57,964 nucleotides of DNA from Candidatus Firestoneibacteriota bacterium (GTDB taxonomy: Bacteria > Oederibacteriota > D2-FULL-39-29 > JBBTED01), in the NCBI GenBank assembly GCA_038042445.1, contig JBBTED010000081.1:1-57964 (forward strand). Reading direction: 5' to 3'. The position numbers and the translations under genes are program-made. Every line of letters begins with the position of its first letter. The stretch's first letter is position 1. Shown piece after piece: positions 39,680-48,786 of the stretch. The notes below the pieces were generated by a model that did no database searches, was not told the origin of the DNA, and saw only the letters and a list, made by a program, of their open reading frames with translations.

Positions 39680-40341
39680 CTCTCTTCTATTTTTAACCAG
39701 TTATTAATTTCTTTTCTTTCTATAAGCATATTTTTTACTTTTTCCATCCAGAGATTCTGAAATTCTTTTTTTTCTTCTTCTTTTGCTGCTTCCCATATAA
39801 CTTTTTCTAAAAGTTCTCCTAATTTTTCTTTTTTTTCGTCAGGAAATGGAATTGCCCATGGATAAAATTTGACTAAAACTGTTTTATTGTTATCTAATCT
39901 TTTAAATTCAAAGTATACAGCTTCTGAATCTGGTTTATTTGGATTAAATTTAAGCAAATCTTTCCTCTTAAATTTATGACCCAATCCTTTAAAACCCGTA
40001 TTTGTAGCTGCCCCAGTTAAAAAGCTAAATACTTGTCCCATAACTCCGTACACACCTTCATCTTGCTCGCCATATACAGTAACAGCAATTTCTCCTCTTA
40101 CTGGAATCTCATCATTATAAAGTCTATCCATCGCCTCCTGACAACACAAATACGCACCTGCTACAGTAGGACAAGAATGTCCAGCCATTTTTACTACATC
40201 GGCAAATGTAAACTCTAAAACTCCGCTATCCTTAAACGCACCCAAAATTTCTGCCAATGGCTCTTTAAATTTGATTGGCTTAACTTCTTTAAAAAAATCT
40301 CTAAAATTATTATCCATGTTTACACCATTCCTTTCAGTCAT
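39676..40341 (-). CDS. FmdE-like protein
   Basis: GHSCPTVAGAY, GVMGQV..LTGA, GFKGLG; true start may be MDNN. Confidence 0.7.
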   Translation of the reverse strand: MTERNGVNMDNNFRDFFKEVKPIKFKEPLAEILGAFKDSGVLEFTFADVVKMAGHSCPTVAGAYLCCQEAMDRLYNDEIPVRGEIAVTVYGEQDEGVYGVMGQVFSFLTGAATNTGFKGLGHKFKRKDLLKFNPNKPDSEAVYFEFKRLDNNKTVLVKFYPWAIPFPDEKKEKLGELLEKVIWEAAKEEEKKEFQNLWMEKVKNMLIERKEINNWLKIEER

Positions 40342-40940
40342 AAATACACCTTTTTTGCTATTTTTTTCCCGGCACCTGTAAGAAATACTTTATTTATAAT
40401 CTTTTCTAATTTTAACTTATTTTCCATATTCACCACACTAAAAAACTCCGCATTAAAAAGCACGAATGAACCAAATAAAGGTTTGACTATCCAATTAGAA
40501 AAGCTAAATACTAATGCCACAACTTTTCGAATTGGATTTACTTTATACTTTAAGTTAACAATATAATCCGCATCATATAAAACTTTAAAATTTAAAGTCT
40601 CAATTCTTTTAGGGCTATGGTGATGTGCAATTATTTCACAGATTTCATCAATATCCTCTTTTTTAATTTCATTTTTAAGTAAAATTTCTCTTGCAAGTTT
40701 GCTTCCTTCTTTTTCCTGACGATGTGCAGTTGTAAGAAAATATTTTTCTTTTACAACTTTTGTTCCAACATCATGTAATATACTTGCAGGAATAATAATA
40801 TCCCAGTCTCCATTTTCTTCTTTTAATATTTTTTCTGCAAAACCCATCACTTCTTTTAAATGATTTATCATACTGATATCATCTCCAAGATAATTTTCCA
40901 AATCATTTAAAAGTTTTTGTTTTATATTTTCATTTTTCAT
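40338..40940 (-). CDS. HD-domain phosphohydrolase with an internal palindromic insertion
   Basis: H..V, LHDVG, HHH, DAD. Confidence 0.8.
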   Translation of the reverse strand: MKNENIKQKLLNDLENYLGDDISMINHLKEVMGFAEKILKEENGDWDIIIPASILHDVGTKVVKEKYFLTTAHRQEKEGSKLAREILLKNEIKKEDIDEICEIIAHHHSPKRIETLNFKVLYDADYIVNLKYKVNPIRKVVALVFSFSNWIVKPLFGSFVLFNAEFFSVVNMENKLKLEKIINKVFLTGAGKKIAKKVYL

Positions 40941-41164
40941 ACTGCTTCTACTTTTTTTATCTCAGGTATCTGTTCTTTTAGAGAACGTTCTATACCCTGT
41001 TTTAAAGTCATTTGAGACATAGGACAACTGCCACACGCACCTGTTAATCTTACTTTCACTACTCCATCAATAACATCCACTAATTCCACATTTCCACCAT
41101 CTGCTTCTAAAGCCGGCCTTATTTTTTCCAATGCTGTTTCTACTTTTTCTTTCATAGTTTTCAC
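40937..41164 (-). CDS. NifU/Nfu-type Fe-S carrier
   Basis: IRPALEADGG, LTGACGSCPMS. Confidence 0.92.
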   Translation of the reverse strand: MKTMKEKVETALEKIRPALEADGGNVELVDVIDGVVKVRLTGACGSCPMSQMTLKQGIERSLKEQIPEIKKVEAV

Positions 41165-41169
41165 CTCCC

Positions 41170-42366
41170 TTATTCTTCTGCTGTTTTTACTTTATCCAAT
41201 AAACTTTTTTTACGATTTTTCAAACGAATTACTAAAGTTTTAAGATGACTTATATATTTCAATACATATATTAATGGTCCTGATTTTGTCTTCATTGCAC
41301 CAATAGGACAAACTTCTAAACAACAAAAACAATCAATACATTTTTTATAATTTATATTAGCTATTTTGTTTTTAATATCAATTGCTGCAAGTGGACAATT
41401 TTCAACACATATTCTACAAGCAGTACATTTTGTTTTATCAACTTTTGGTCTAAATTCTGCAGATTTTTTTAAGATTTTCAATAGTAGTTCAGGCGCATTC
41501 TTAAGAATATATTTTGGTGGAAGTTTAAAATCAGCCCCTAAAAACTTCTCTATCTTATCTCCTTTTATTTCTATATTTTTCAAATCTGTTATCCCAAGAT
41601 TTTTAAGTTTGCCTATTTTATTTGTAGAAATATCTTCTGGATTAAGCCCGATTATTTTTGCCAAAATACTGTCTAAAGCTAATGCATCGCTTGAAGCTGC
41701 AATTAAACCTATATTTTTTGGTATTCCATTATGCGCAGGACCATTTCCTTCTAATGCTATTATGCCATCTACAAAAGAAATAGTTGGCTTGCATTTTTTA
41801 TATATCTCCAGTAACAAAACAGCAAAATCATCAGGCTTGATAAAATCCCTATGAAGATTAACTCTATATAGTCTTGGAATAAGCCCAAACATATTTTTAA
41901 CTGCACCGGTAAGAATCATCTGGCTATGAGTTTTTAATTTTGGCAGTGAAACAATATGGTCAAATTCTTTCATCCAACTACTAAATATTATGCCATCTTC
42001 TTGGACAAATTTTGTTTCAGTTAATAGATGAACATTTTCTTTTTTAGCTACATCTGCCATTCCTGTAATACTATATACTTTATCTAAATTCTTTTCTAAC
42101 CTGTGCCCTGCCGGTATATCTGCAATTGCTATTTTAAGACCCATATTTTTAAAAACTCTAACAACTGCCTGAACAAAAATAGGATGAGTAGTTATTGCAT
42201 ATTCTGGAGCTGCATCTGTAAGAAGATTAGGTTTTAGTAACACTTTTTCTCCTTTTTTAAAAGGGATAGATTCACCATATAATAATATCAATATTTCCTT
42301 AAAAACATTCTCAAGTTTATCTAAGTCGTACGTATCACAATATTTAATTGCTACTTTAGATTTCAT
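41170..42366 (-). CDS. DUF362 protein with two C-terminal 4Fe-4S motifs
   Basis: LLKPNLL, TTHP, PKLKTH, TGAVKNMFG, EGNGP; CTACRIC..CP, CIDCFCCLEVCP. Confidence 0.88.
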   Translation of the reverse strand: MKSKVAIKYCDTYDLDKLENVFKEILILLYGESIPFKKGEKVLLKPNLLTDAAPEYAITTHPIFVQAVVRVFKNMGLKIAIADIPAGHRLEKNLDKVYSITGMADVAKKENVHLLTETKFVQEDGIIFSSWMKEFDHIVSLPKLKTHSQMILTGAVKNMFGLIPRLYRVNLHRDFIKPDDFAVLLLEIYKKCKPTISFVDGIIALEGNGPAHNGIPKNIGLIAASSDALALDSILAKIIGLNPEDISTNKIGKLKNLGITDLKNIEIKGDKIEKFLGADFKLPPKYILKNAPELLLKILKKSAEFRPKVDKTKCTACRICVENCPLAAIDIKNKIANINYKKCIDCFCCLEVCPIGAMKTKSGPLIYVLKYISHLKTLVIRLKNRKKSLLDKVKTAEE

Positions 42367-42370
42367 ATTT

Positions 42371-42772
42371 TCACTTCTCCAACAAAGATTTAATTGTAAT
42401 AGATTTTAATTCACTCGCTATGTAATTTTCTATTTTTTTCAGTTTCCCCTTTAGTATACATTTCTTCATATCAGGACAAAGTTTAGTACGAACAGCACAA
42501 TCCACAATATTAATAGGACCTTGAAATATTTTTATTAAATCAATAAAAAGTATTTTGTCTTCCTGTAGAGTTAGCTTAAAACCACCATTTTTACCTTTAT
42601 ATGAAGCAATTATTTTTTCTTTATTAAGCATTTGAAATATTTTTCTCAAAAAAGCTTTTGGTATTTTTAGGTCTTTTGCTAATTTTAAAACTGTCCACAT
42701 TTTATCCTTTTTTTTTGCCATAAATAATAATGCCCTGATTGCATAATCCGTATTTTTCGTTATCAGTTTCAT
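42371..42772 (-). CDS. Rrf2-family regulator with three Cys
   Basis: TDYAIRAL, FLRKIFQML, GKNGGF, C-x6-C-x5-C. Confidence 0.9.
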   Translation of the reverse strand: MKLITKNTDYAIRALLFMAKKKDKMWTVLKLAKDLKIPKAFLRKIFQMLNKEKIIASYKGKNGGFKLTLQEDKILFIDLIKIFQGPINIVDCAVRTKLCPDMKKCILKGKLKKIENYIASELKSITIKSLLEK

Positions 42773-42780
42773 ATCTATAT

Positions 42781-42811
42781 AAATGATACTACATTTGTAT
42801 CATTTTGTCAA
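42781..42811 (-). promoter_or_regulatory. rrf2 promoter with overlapping 9-7-9 palindrome
   Basis: TTGACA, 17 nt, TATCAT; AAATGATAC-N7-GTATCATTT at 42781-42805. Confidence 0.7.
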
Positions 42812-42868
42812 GTAAAAAATTAAAGATTGTTTTTAATTAAGTAAAGTTGTAAAATAATTTTTAGGAAA

Positions 42869-43648
42869 ATGAAATCACTATACGAAATGAATCCAAGCGA
42901 AATATTAACAGCAAAGAAATATTCTGGCTGTGTATTTATCCCTATATCCCCATGTTATGAATGGCATAGCTTTCACTTGCCTGTTGGAACAGATGCTCTT
43001 ATTTCTGAACGAATTTGTGAACTTGTTGCAGAAAAAATTGGTGGCGTTTATTTTAAAGCATTATCTTTAGGTGTGGATGCAATTAGATCTGAAAGCCAAC
43101 TTTTACAATGGGGGTTTAAAAAAAATGCTAAGATTTTTGGAATGAATTTTCCTGAAATCTCTTTTTTTAGTGAATATTGCACTAAAAAAGAAATGGTTAT
43201 AATAATAAACAATCGGCTTAGAGCTGTTAAAGAAACAGGGTTTAAAATAGCATTTATTGTTAATAACCATGGAGGTGTTGGTCAGCAACAAATACTTGAA
43301 AAAATTTGTAGTAAATGGAATTCTAAAAATTTTAAAGTGGAGTATATATCTACAGGAAAATTTTGCACTATAAATAATTGTTCGCTAAATATTGGTGGTC
43401 ATGCCGGATTATCAGAAACACATCGGCTTATGGCATTTCGCCCTGATTTAGTTGATATTGTAAAACTTCCGAAAAATAATTTAAAAGTGTGCAAAACAGG
43501 AATTCTTCACAATAAACCAATGATTGAAGAACAGTATCATCCAAAGAATGTTTCTAAAACACTATCAGCCAACTTAAGAGAAAATATTATTAATAATTTT
43601 GTTACCTATATTCAGAAAAACTATTTCCACCAAAAGAAAGCTATTTAA
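42869..43648 (+). CDS. Creatininase family amidohydrolase
   Basis: EWHSFHLPVGTD, NNHGG, GGHAGLSET. Confidence 0.85.
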   Translation: MKSLYEMNPSEILTAKKYSGCVFIPISPCYEWHSFHLPVGTDALISERICELVAEKIGGVYFKALSLGVDAIRSESQLLQWGFKKNAKIFGMNFPEISFFSEYCTKKEMVIIINNRLRAVKETGFKIAFIVNNHGGVGQQQILEKICSKWNSKNFKVEYISTGKFCTINNCSLNIGGHAGLSETHRLMAFRPDLVDIVKLPKNNLKVCKTGILHNKPMIEEQYHPKNVSKTLSANLRENIINNFVTYIQKNYFHQKKAI

Positions 43649-43720
43649 AAATATATTAGTATTAATAAATACATAAGAAAAATCATTTTTCCACAACGCA
43701 ATAATACAGTAAAAAATGAA

Positions 43721-43802
43721 TTGACAATTTAATGTAATTATTCTATAAATACTATAATAGAGGGAAAACTTAAAAGAGTGGGCAACAAACCCACTCTTTT
43801 AA
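43721..43802 (+). promoter_or_regulatory. rimP promoter and leader hairpin, copy A
   Basis: TTGACA-17-TATAAA; stem AAAAGAGTGGG/CCCACTCTTTT, conserved in copy B. Confidence 0.75.
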
Positions 43803-43884
43803 GTTAGTGGCAAAAAAAACAATGGTTTGGTGGAAAAACATGGTGTTACCATTCCCTTTGGTCACAGACCATAGTTAAAGAATT

Positions 43885-44328
43885 ATGAGTATAGCTGAAA
43901 AAGTTAAAGATATTATTAAACCTATTATGACAGAAGTTGAATTAGTTGATGTAGAGTATAAAAAAGAAGGTTCTGACTGGATTCTTAGGGTTTATATAGA
44001 TAAGCCCTGTGGTGTAACTTTAGATGACTGTAAAGCTATAAGTGATACAATTGAGCCAATAATTGATGCAGAAAATATTTTGCAAAATAAATATTTTCTG
44101 GAAGTATCATCTCCAGGCTTAAGCAGACCATTTAAAACTAAAGAGGGTTTTAAGCGAAATATTGGAAAACTTGTTGATTTAAGTCTATATAATTCAATAC
44201 ATGAACAAAAACATTTAAGTGGAATAATTAAAGAAATAAAAGAAGAAGGAATTATATTAGAACTTACAGATAAAAGTGTTCAGGAAATATTGTTAAGCAA
44301 TGTAGCTAAAGCTACACTTGTAATATAA
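43885..44328 (+). CDS. rimP: Ribosome maturation factor RimP, copy A
   Basis: ELVDVEY, LRVYIDK, DDC, LEVSSPG. Confidence 0.92.
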   Translation: MSIAEKVKDIIKPIMTEVELVDVEYKKEGSDWILRVYIDKPCGVTLDDCKAISDTIEPIIDAENILQNKYFLEVSSPGLSRPFKTKEGFKRNIGKLVDLSLYNSIHEQKHLSGIIKEIKEEGIILELTDKSVQEILLSNVAKATLVI

Positions 44329-44362
44329 AAGCGTAAAATTAAAAGCGCAAAGCAAAAAACTA

Positions 44363-44818
44363 ATGAACAGACAATTTATAGAAGCACTTGAACAAATAGG
44401 CAGAAGTAAAAATATTGAAAAAACTGTGCTTATATCTGCTTTGCAAGAAGCTCTTATTTCTGCATCTAAAAAAACCTTTGGAACAGGACTTAATATAAGT
44501 ATAGACTTCACTGAAAAAACTGGTGATTTCAAAATATATCTAAATAAAAAAGTCGTAGAGACAGTTTCTGATCCTAATATTGAAATTTCATTAGAAAACG
44601 CAAAATTACAAAAAAGCACAATTTCTATTGATGATACTTTGCAAGTGAAAATACCACAGGAAATGCTTAATAAAATTGCAGTCAGAACAGCAAAATCAGT
44701 TATAGTTCAAAAAGTAAGAGAAGCAGAACGCAATCATATATTTGAAGAATTCAACAATCAAATTGGAAACATAATAAATAGTACTGTAATACAAAAAGGC
44801 GGCTCTGATGTAATTTGA
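44363..44818 (+). pseudogene. nusA: Truncated nusA (about 145 N-terminal codons, then junction-derived tail GGSDVI)
   Basis: Near-identical to 47536.. until CAAAAA at 44797, then reads into antisense hrb. Confidence 0.9.
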
Positions 44819-44916
44819 AAAACAGTATTTACAATCTGGCCATTAATTTTATCGCCTTTTCTGGAACACACCACATACATTCCATAACTAATTTTATTTA
44901 AAACCTGCAGGTTCAT
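44798..44916 (-). pseudogene. hrb: 5' fragment (about 40 codons) of hrb
   Basis: [40 protein letters not shown] matches the start of 36967..37653. Confidence 0.9.
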
Positions 44917-44936
44917 TTTTTTGTTTTATCCTAAAA

Positions 44937-45566
44937 TTATTTAAAAATCTCTCCTGTTTCTTTACTCCAAAATAATAAATCTAAATGACTAATTGGTATT
45001 TTAATTTTACTTGAAAACTTTTTCATTTTTTCTTCTATTTCATAATATTTTTGTTTTGTCAAATTTTCAGGAATTCCTTTAATTACTTTTAACAATACTA
45101 AATTTTTTAATATATGCCTATCAAGAATTGCAATATTTTCACCAAACCCAATATTTCTAAGAAAATGGCTTGCTTCTTTAAATCCAATCCCCTTTACGCT
45201 TTTAACAAGCCATTCTCTTTTGTCAAAAACATTGTTAATTTTCTTAATCTTAGATTTAATATCCATCTTATCCCTGTCTACAAACAGCTTTCTTGCTTCA
45301 ATAATATAACTTGCTTTTTTATATTTAAATCGGACGCCAACTAAGTTTTTAAGGATTTGATTATATTTCCCGGTTATCAATAAATTATCTTTTACTATTT
45401 TTATAATTGCCTGCCAGCATACTTTTGCCTTAGACTGAGGTGTTAATATGCAAAATAATAACTCAGCAAATATATCTTTTTCACTACCTTTATTCCATAC
45501 ACATTTAAATTCTTCAAGCCTCGAATTAATTTCTTCTCTTTTTTTAAAATATATATTTCTTATCAA
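44937..45566 (-). CDS. ogg: 8-oxoguanine DNA glycosylase/AP lyase (archaeal/Thermotoga-type Ogg)
   Basis: ELLFCILTPQS, GIGFKEASHFLRNIG, AILDRHI, DLLFW...GEIFK; TTG start uncertain. Confidence 0.88.
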   Translation of the reverse strand: MIRNIYFKKREEINSRLEEFKCVWNKGSEKDIFAELLFCILTPQSKAKVCWQAIIKIVKDNLLITGKYNQILKNLVGVRFKYKKASYIIEARKLFVDRDKMDIKSKIKKINNVFDKREWLVKSVKGIGFKEASHFLRNIGFGENIAILDRHILKNLVLLKVIKGIPENLTKQKYYEIEEKMKKFSSKIKIPISHLDLLFWSKETGEIFK

Positions 45567-45575
45567 TTTTATCTA

Positions 45576-46877
45576 TTACTTTGTTTTTATATTCAGATTG
45601 TATAATTCTATTGGATTATCCCAAAACCATTTTTTTGCCATATCTAATGCTTGTGTTTCAGTGAATTGTCCGTCTTTAATTCTATTTGCTAAAACTCTTG
45701 CTATATCTTCTCTTGCCATAACTAAATGACCATACACTTTTTCTACAGGCATAGAATAATCTCCTCCAAATGCAAGTATTTTATTTGTAGGTATTAAATC
45801 TATTGCTTCATCTAAGCCAGACATAGCAAATTTTTGTGAAATTATATGTGTCCAGCAAAAATTTAACCATACATTCGGAAAACCTTTACCAAGCATAAGT
45901 GTTTCTCTTACCCATGGATACCCTAAATGGTAAATATCAAAACGAACTTTTGGATGACGTTGCAATATTGGTATCATAAGAAGTGGATCTAATTGCCTAA
46001 AATCTTCCCAATATCCTGTATGCACTGCTATAACTAAATTCTGTTCTCCTGCGAATCTTATTAACTCATCAATAATATAATCACGAAGTGAATTTGTGCC
46101 AATAAAATGTGGAGGTTGTGGTGGTATTTTATTCATACTTCCTGCTTTTATCTTTTTAAATATTGAAATTGCTTCTTGTCTATTTGGAATCTCATAAGGA
46201 TGTGACATCATTTTCAATCCAACAGCACCTTCTGATTTTTTCTTCAATATATATTTTCTGCAAGCATCCAAATAACAATCAACTGAATTTATTACCAAAT
46301 CTGGATCAAATGAAGGACGTAATATATCTATTTCAATCCTATTTCGTAATGGCATACGCAGGACTGTAGTAAGCAAATCAGTAGAAGCTGGATCAATCTT
46401 TTCTATATTATTTCTTTTATCATCCCAATATATTCCCTGGTTAAGACACGTTTTTATATTGCAGGCTTTTCGCAAAACTTTTTCATAAATACCTGGTTTA
46501 TTTGCCTTTTTTATTGCTTCAGAAATAGGTTTGTATGTGCTTTCATTTACATCAGAAAATCCATAGAATTTTTCTGTAGATATAAGAACTGCCTTAGAAT
46601 AAGATGTCCACCTGATTTTTTTCCAATATGGCGCAAACATTTTCCATCGGATATCAAGAGAAATATCCTGATTAAAAAGACTCAAATATTGTTCTTCAGT
46701 CATACCTGCCATTATTAAATCTCTATAGGTATAATGTGAAAACAAAGTAAAAACATCTACTTTTTTATTTAGCCTATCTTTTTCTGATGGTAAATGCTCA
46801 TGACAATCAATAATTTCCCATTTGGACATAGCATCAAATAAATTCTTTTCTAAATTCGATAATTTATATGTATACAT
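45576..46877 (-). CDS. Amidohydrolase superfamily protein (uronate-isomerase-like)
   Basis: IIDCHEH, GLK, VHTG, IYH..YP, FGGD; start MYTY at 46877 with GGAGG RBS. Confidence 0.8.
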   Translation of the reverse strand: MYTYKLSNLEKNLFDAMSKWEIIDCHEHLPSEKDRLNKKVDVFTLFSHYTYRDLIMAGMTEEQYLSLFNQDISLDIRWKMFAPYWKKIRWTSYSKAVLISTEKFYGFSDVNESTYKPISEAIKKANKPGIYEKVLRKACNIKTCLNQGIYWDDKRNNIEKIDPASTDLLTTVLRMPLRNRIEIDILRPSFDPDLVINSVDCYLDACRKYILKKKSEGAVGLKMMSHPYEIPNRQEAISIFKKIKAGSMNKIPPQPPHFIGTNSLRDYIIDELIRFAGEQNLVIAVHTGYWEDFRQLDPLLMIPILQRHPKVRFDIYHLGYPWVRETLMLGKGFPNVWLNFCWTHIISQKFAMSGLDEAIDLIPTNKILAFGGDYSMPVEKVYGHLVMAREDIARVLANRIKDGQFTETQALDMAKKWFWDNPIELYNLNIKTK

Positions 46878-46952
46878 AATTACTCGCCTCCTATACTTGA
46901 ATATTAGCATATATTGTATTTTTTTTCGAGTATTTTAAAAGAATAAAAACAG

Positions 46953-47032
46953 TTGACAATTCAACATAATTATTCTATAAATAATATAGTTACGGGAAAG
47001 ACTAAAAGAGTGGGCACAAACCCACTCTTTTA
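46953..47032 (+). promoter_or_regulatory. rimP promoter and leader hairpin, copy B
   Basis: TTGACA-17-TATAAA; TAAAAGAGTGGGCACAAACCCACTCTTTTA. Confidence 0.75.
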
Positions 47033-47051
47033 CATTAGTGGTGAAAAAATA

Positions 47052-47495
47052 ATGAGTATTGCTGAAAAAGTTAAAGCTCTCATTAAACCTATGATAACAG
47101 AAGTAGAACTGGTTGATGTTGAGTATAAAAAAGAGGGTTCTGACTGGTTTCTCAGGGTTTATATAGATAAGCCCTGTGGTGTAACTGTAGATGACTGTAA
47201 AGCTATAAGTAATACAATTGAGCCACTAATTGATGTAGAAAATATTTTGCAAAATAAATATTTTCTGGAAGTGTCATCTCCAGGCTTAACCAGACCATTG
47301 AAAAGCAAAGAAGATTTTAAGCGAAATATCGGCAAGCTTGTTGACTTGAATTTATATGCTTCAACACTTGGACAAAAGCAGTTAAGTGGAATAATTAAAG
47401 AAATAAAAGAAGAAGGTATTATATTAGAATTTAAAGATAAAAATATTCAGGAAATATTATTAAGTAATGTAGCCAAAGCTACACTTGTAATATAA
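47052..47495 (+). CDS. rimP: Ribosome maturation factor RimP, copy B
   Basis: Same motifs as copy A; start MSIAEK at 47052. Confidence 0.93.
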   Translation: MSIAEKVKALIKPMITEVELVDVEYKKEGSDWFLRVYIDKPCGVTVDDCKAISNTIEPLIDVENILQNKYFLEVSSPGLTRPLKSKEDFKRNIGKLVDLNLYASTLGQKQLSGIIKEIKEEGIILEFKDKNIQEILLSNVAKATLVI

Positions 47496-47504
47496 ATTAA
47501 AAAC

Positions 47505-47528
47505 CGCAGGCTAAAGCCTGCGACTACC
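47505..47528. repeat. Single family A REP, 7 nt upstream of the nusA ATG
   Basis: CGCAGGCTAAAGCCTGCGACTACC; absent at the same site in copy A. Confidence 0.88.
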
Positions 47529-47535
47529 AAAAACT

Positions 47536-48786
47536 ATGAATAGACCATTTTTAGAAGCACTTGAACAAATAGGCAGAAGCAAAAATATTGAAAAAACTGT
47601 GCTTATATCTGCTTTGCAGGAAGCTCTTATTTCTGCATCTAAAAAAACTTTTGGAACAGGACTTAATATAAGTATAGACTTCACTGAAAAAACCGGTGAT
47701 TTTAAAATATATCTAAACAAAAAAGTTGTAGAAACAGTTTCTGACCCTAATATTGAAATTTCATTAGAAAACGCAAAAATACAAAAAAGCACAATTGCTA
47801 TTGATGATACTTTGCAAGTGGAAATACCACAGGAAATGCTTAATAAAATTGCAGTCAGAACAGCAAAATCAGTTATAGTTCAAAAAGTAAGAGAAGCAGA
47901 ACGCAATCATATATTTGAAGAATTCAACAATCAAATTGGAAACATAGTAGCTAGTACTGTAATACAAAAAGAAGGTGAAGATTTTATAATTGATGTAGGT
48001 GGAGTTGATGCAATTTTACTTCGCAAGGATCAGGTATACAAAGAAAACGTATACTCAGGAATGCGACTGAAATTTTACATACTTTCTGTTAAAAAATTTT
48101 CTAAAGGTCCACAGATTTTTCTATCAAGAGAGCATCCTAATTTTATCAAAAAACTTTTTGAATTAGAAGTACCTGAAATTACAGATAAAATAGTGAGTAT
48201 AAAAAATTTAGTGCGAGACCCCGGCTATAGGACCAAAATGTTAGTATATTCAGAAAATAAAAATGTAGATCCAGTAGGTGCCTGTGTAGGAATAAGGGGT
48301 TCACGCGTGCAGGCAATAGTTAAAGAACTCATGGGTGAAAAAATTGACATCATACAGTGGGATGCTGATATAAAAACTTTAATAATTAATGCCTTTAATC
48401 CTGCCAAAATAATTTCTGTGGAAATCAATGAACAGCAAAAATCCGCCCGTGTAATTGTGCCAGATGACCAGATTATATTAGTGATAGGTAAAAAAGGCCA
48501 GAATATACGTCTAACTGAAAGACTTATAGGTTTAAATATTCGTATATCATCAGAAACTGAAGCTAAAAAAGAAAATATATTGCCAAAAGACGAATTAAAA
48601 ATAAACTCTATAGAACAAATAGATGGGATAAGCAAAAAACTTGCAGAAAAAATAATGTCTTCCGGATTTAAAACATTAGAGGATTTAAGCAAATTAGATA
48701 TCCAAGCTCTTTGTAAAATTCCTGGAATTGGAGAAAAGACTGCAGAGAAAATAATATCTAATATAAAAAAATCTATAGCAAAATGA
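47536..48786 (+). CDS. nusA: Transcription factor NusA
   Basis: NTD, S1, RDPGYRTK, DPVGACVGIRGSRV, IGKKGQN, C-terminal HhH. Confidence 0.96.
   Translation: MNRPFLEALEQIGRSKNIEKTVLISALQEALISASKKTFGTGLNISIDFTEKTGDFKIYLNKKVVETVSDPNIEISLENAKIQKSTIAIDDTLQVEIPQEMLNKIAVRTAKSVIVQKVREAERNHIFEEFNNQIGNIVASTVIQKEGEDFIIDVGGVDAILLRKDQVYKENVYSGMRLKFYILSVKKFSKGPQIFLSREHPNFIKKLFELEVPEITDKIVSIKNLVRDPGYRTKMLVYSENKNVDPVGACVGIRGSRVQAIVKELMGEKIDIIQWDADIKTLIINAFNPAKIISVEINEQQKSARVIVPDDQIILVIGKKGQNIRLTERLIGLNIRISSETEAKKENILPKDELKINSIEQIDGISKKLAEKIMSSGFKTLEDLSKLDIQALCKIPGIGEKTAEKIISNIKKSIAK

Noticed and set aside
46953..47051. 33-aa extension of rimP copy B
   Set aside because: Begins at the -35 box and crosses the leader hairpin; copy A shows the true start
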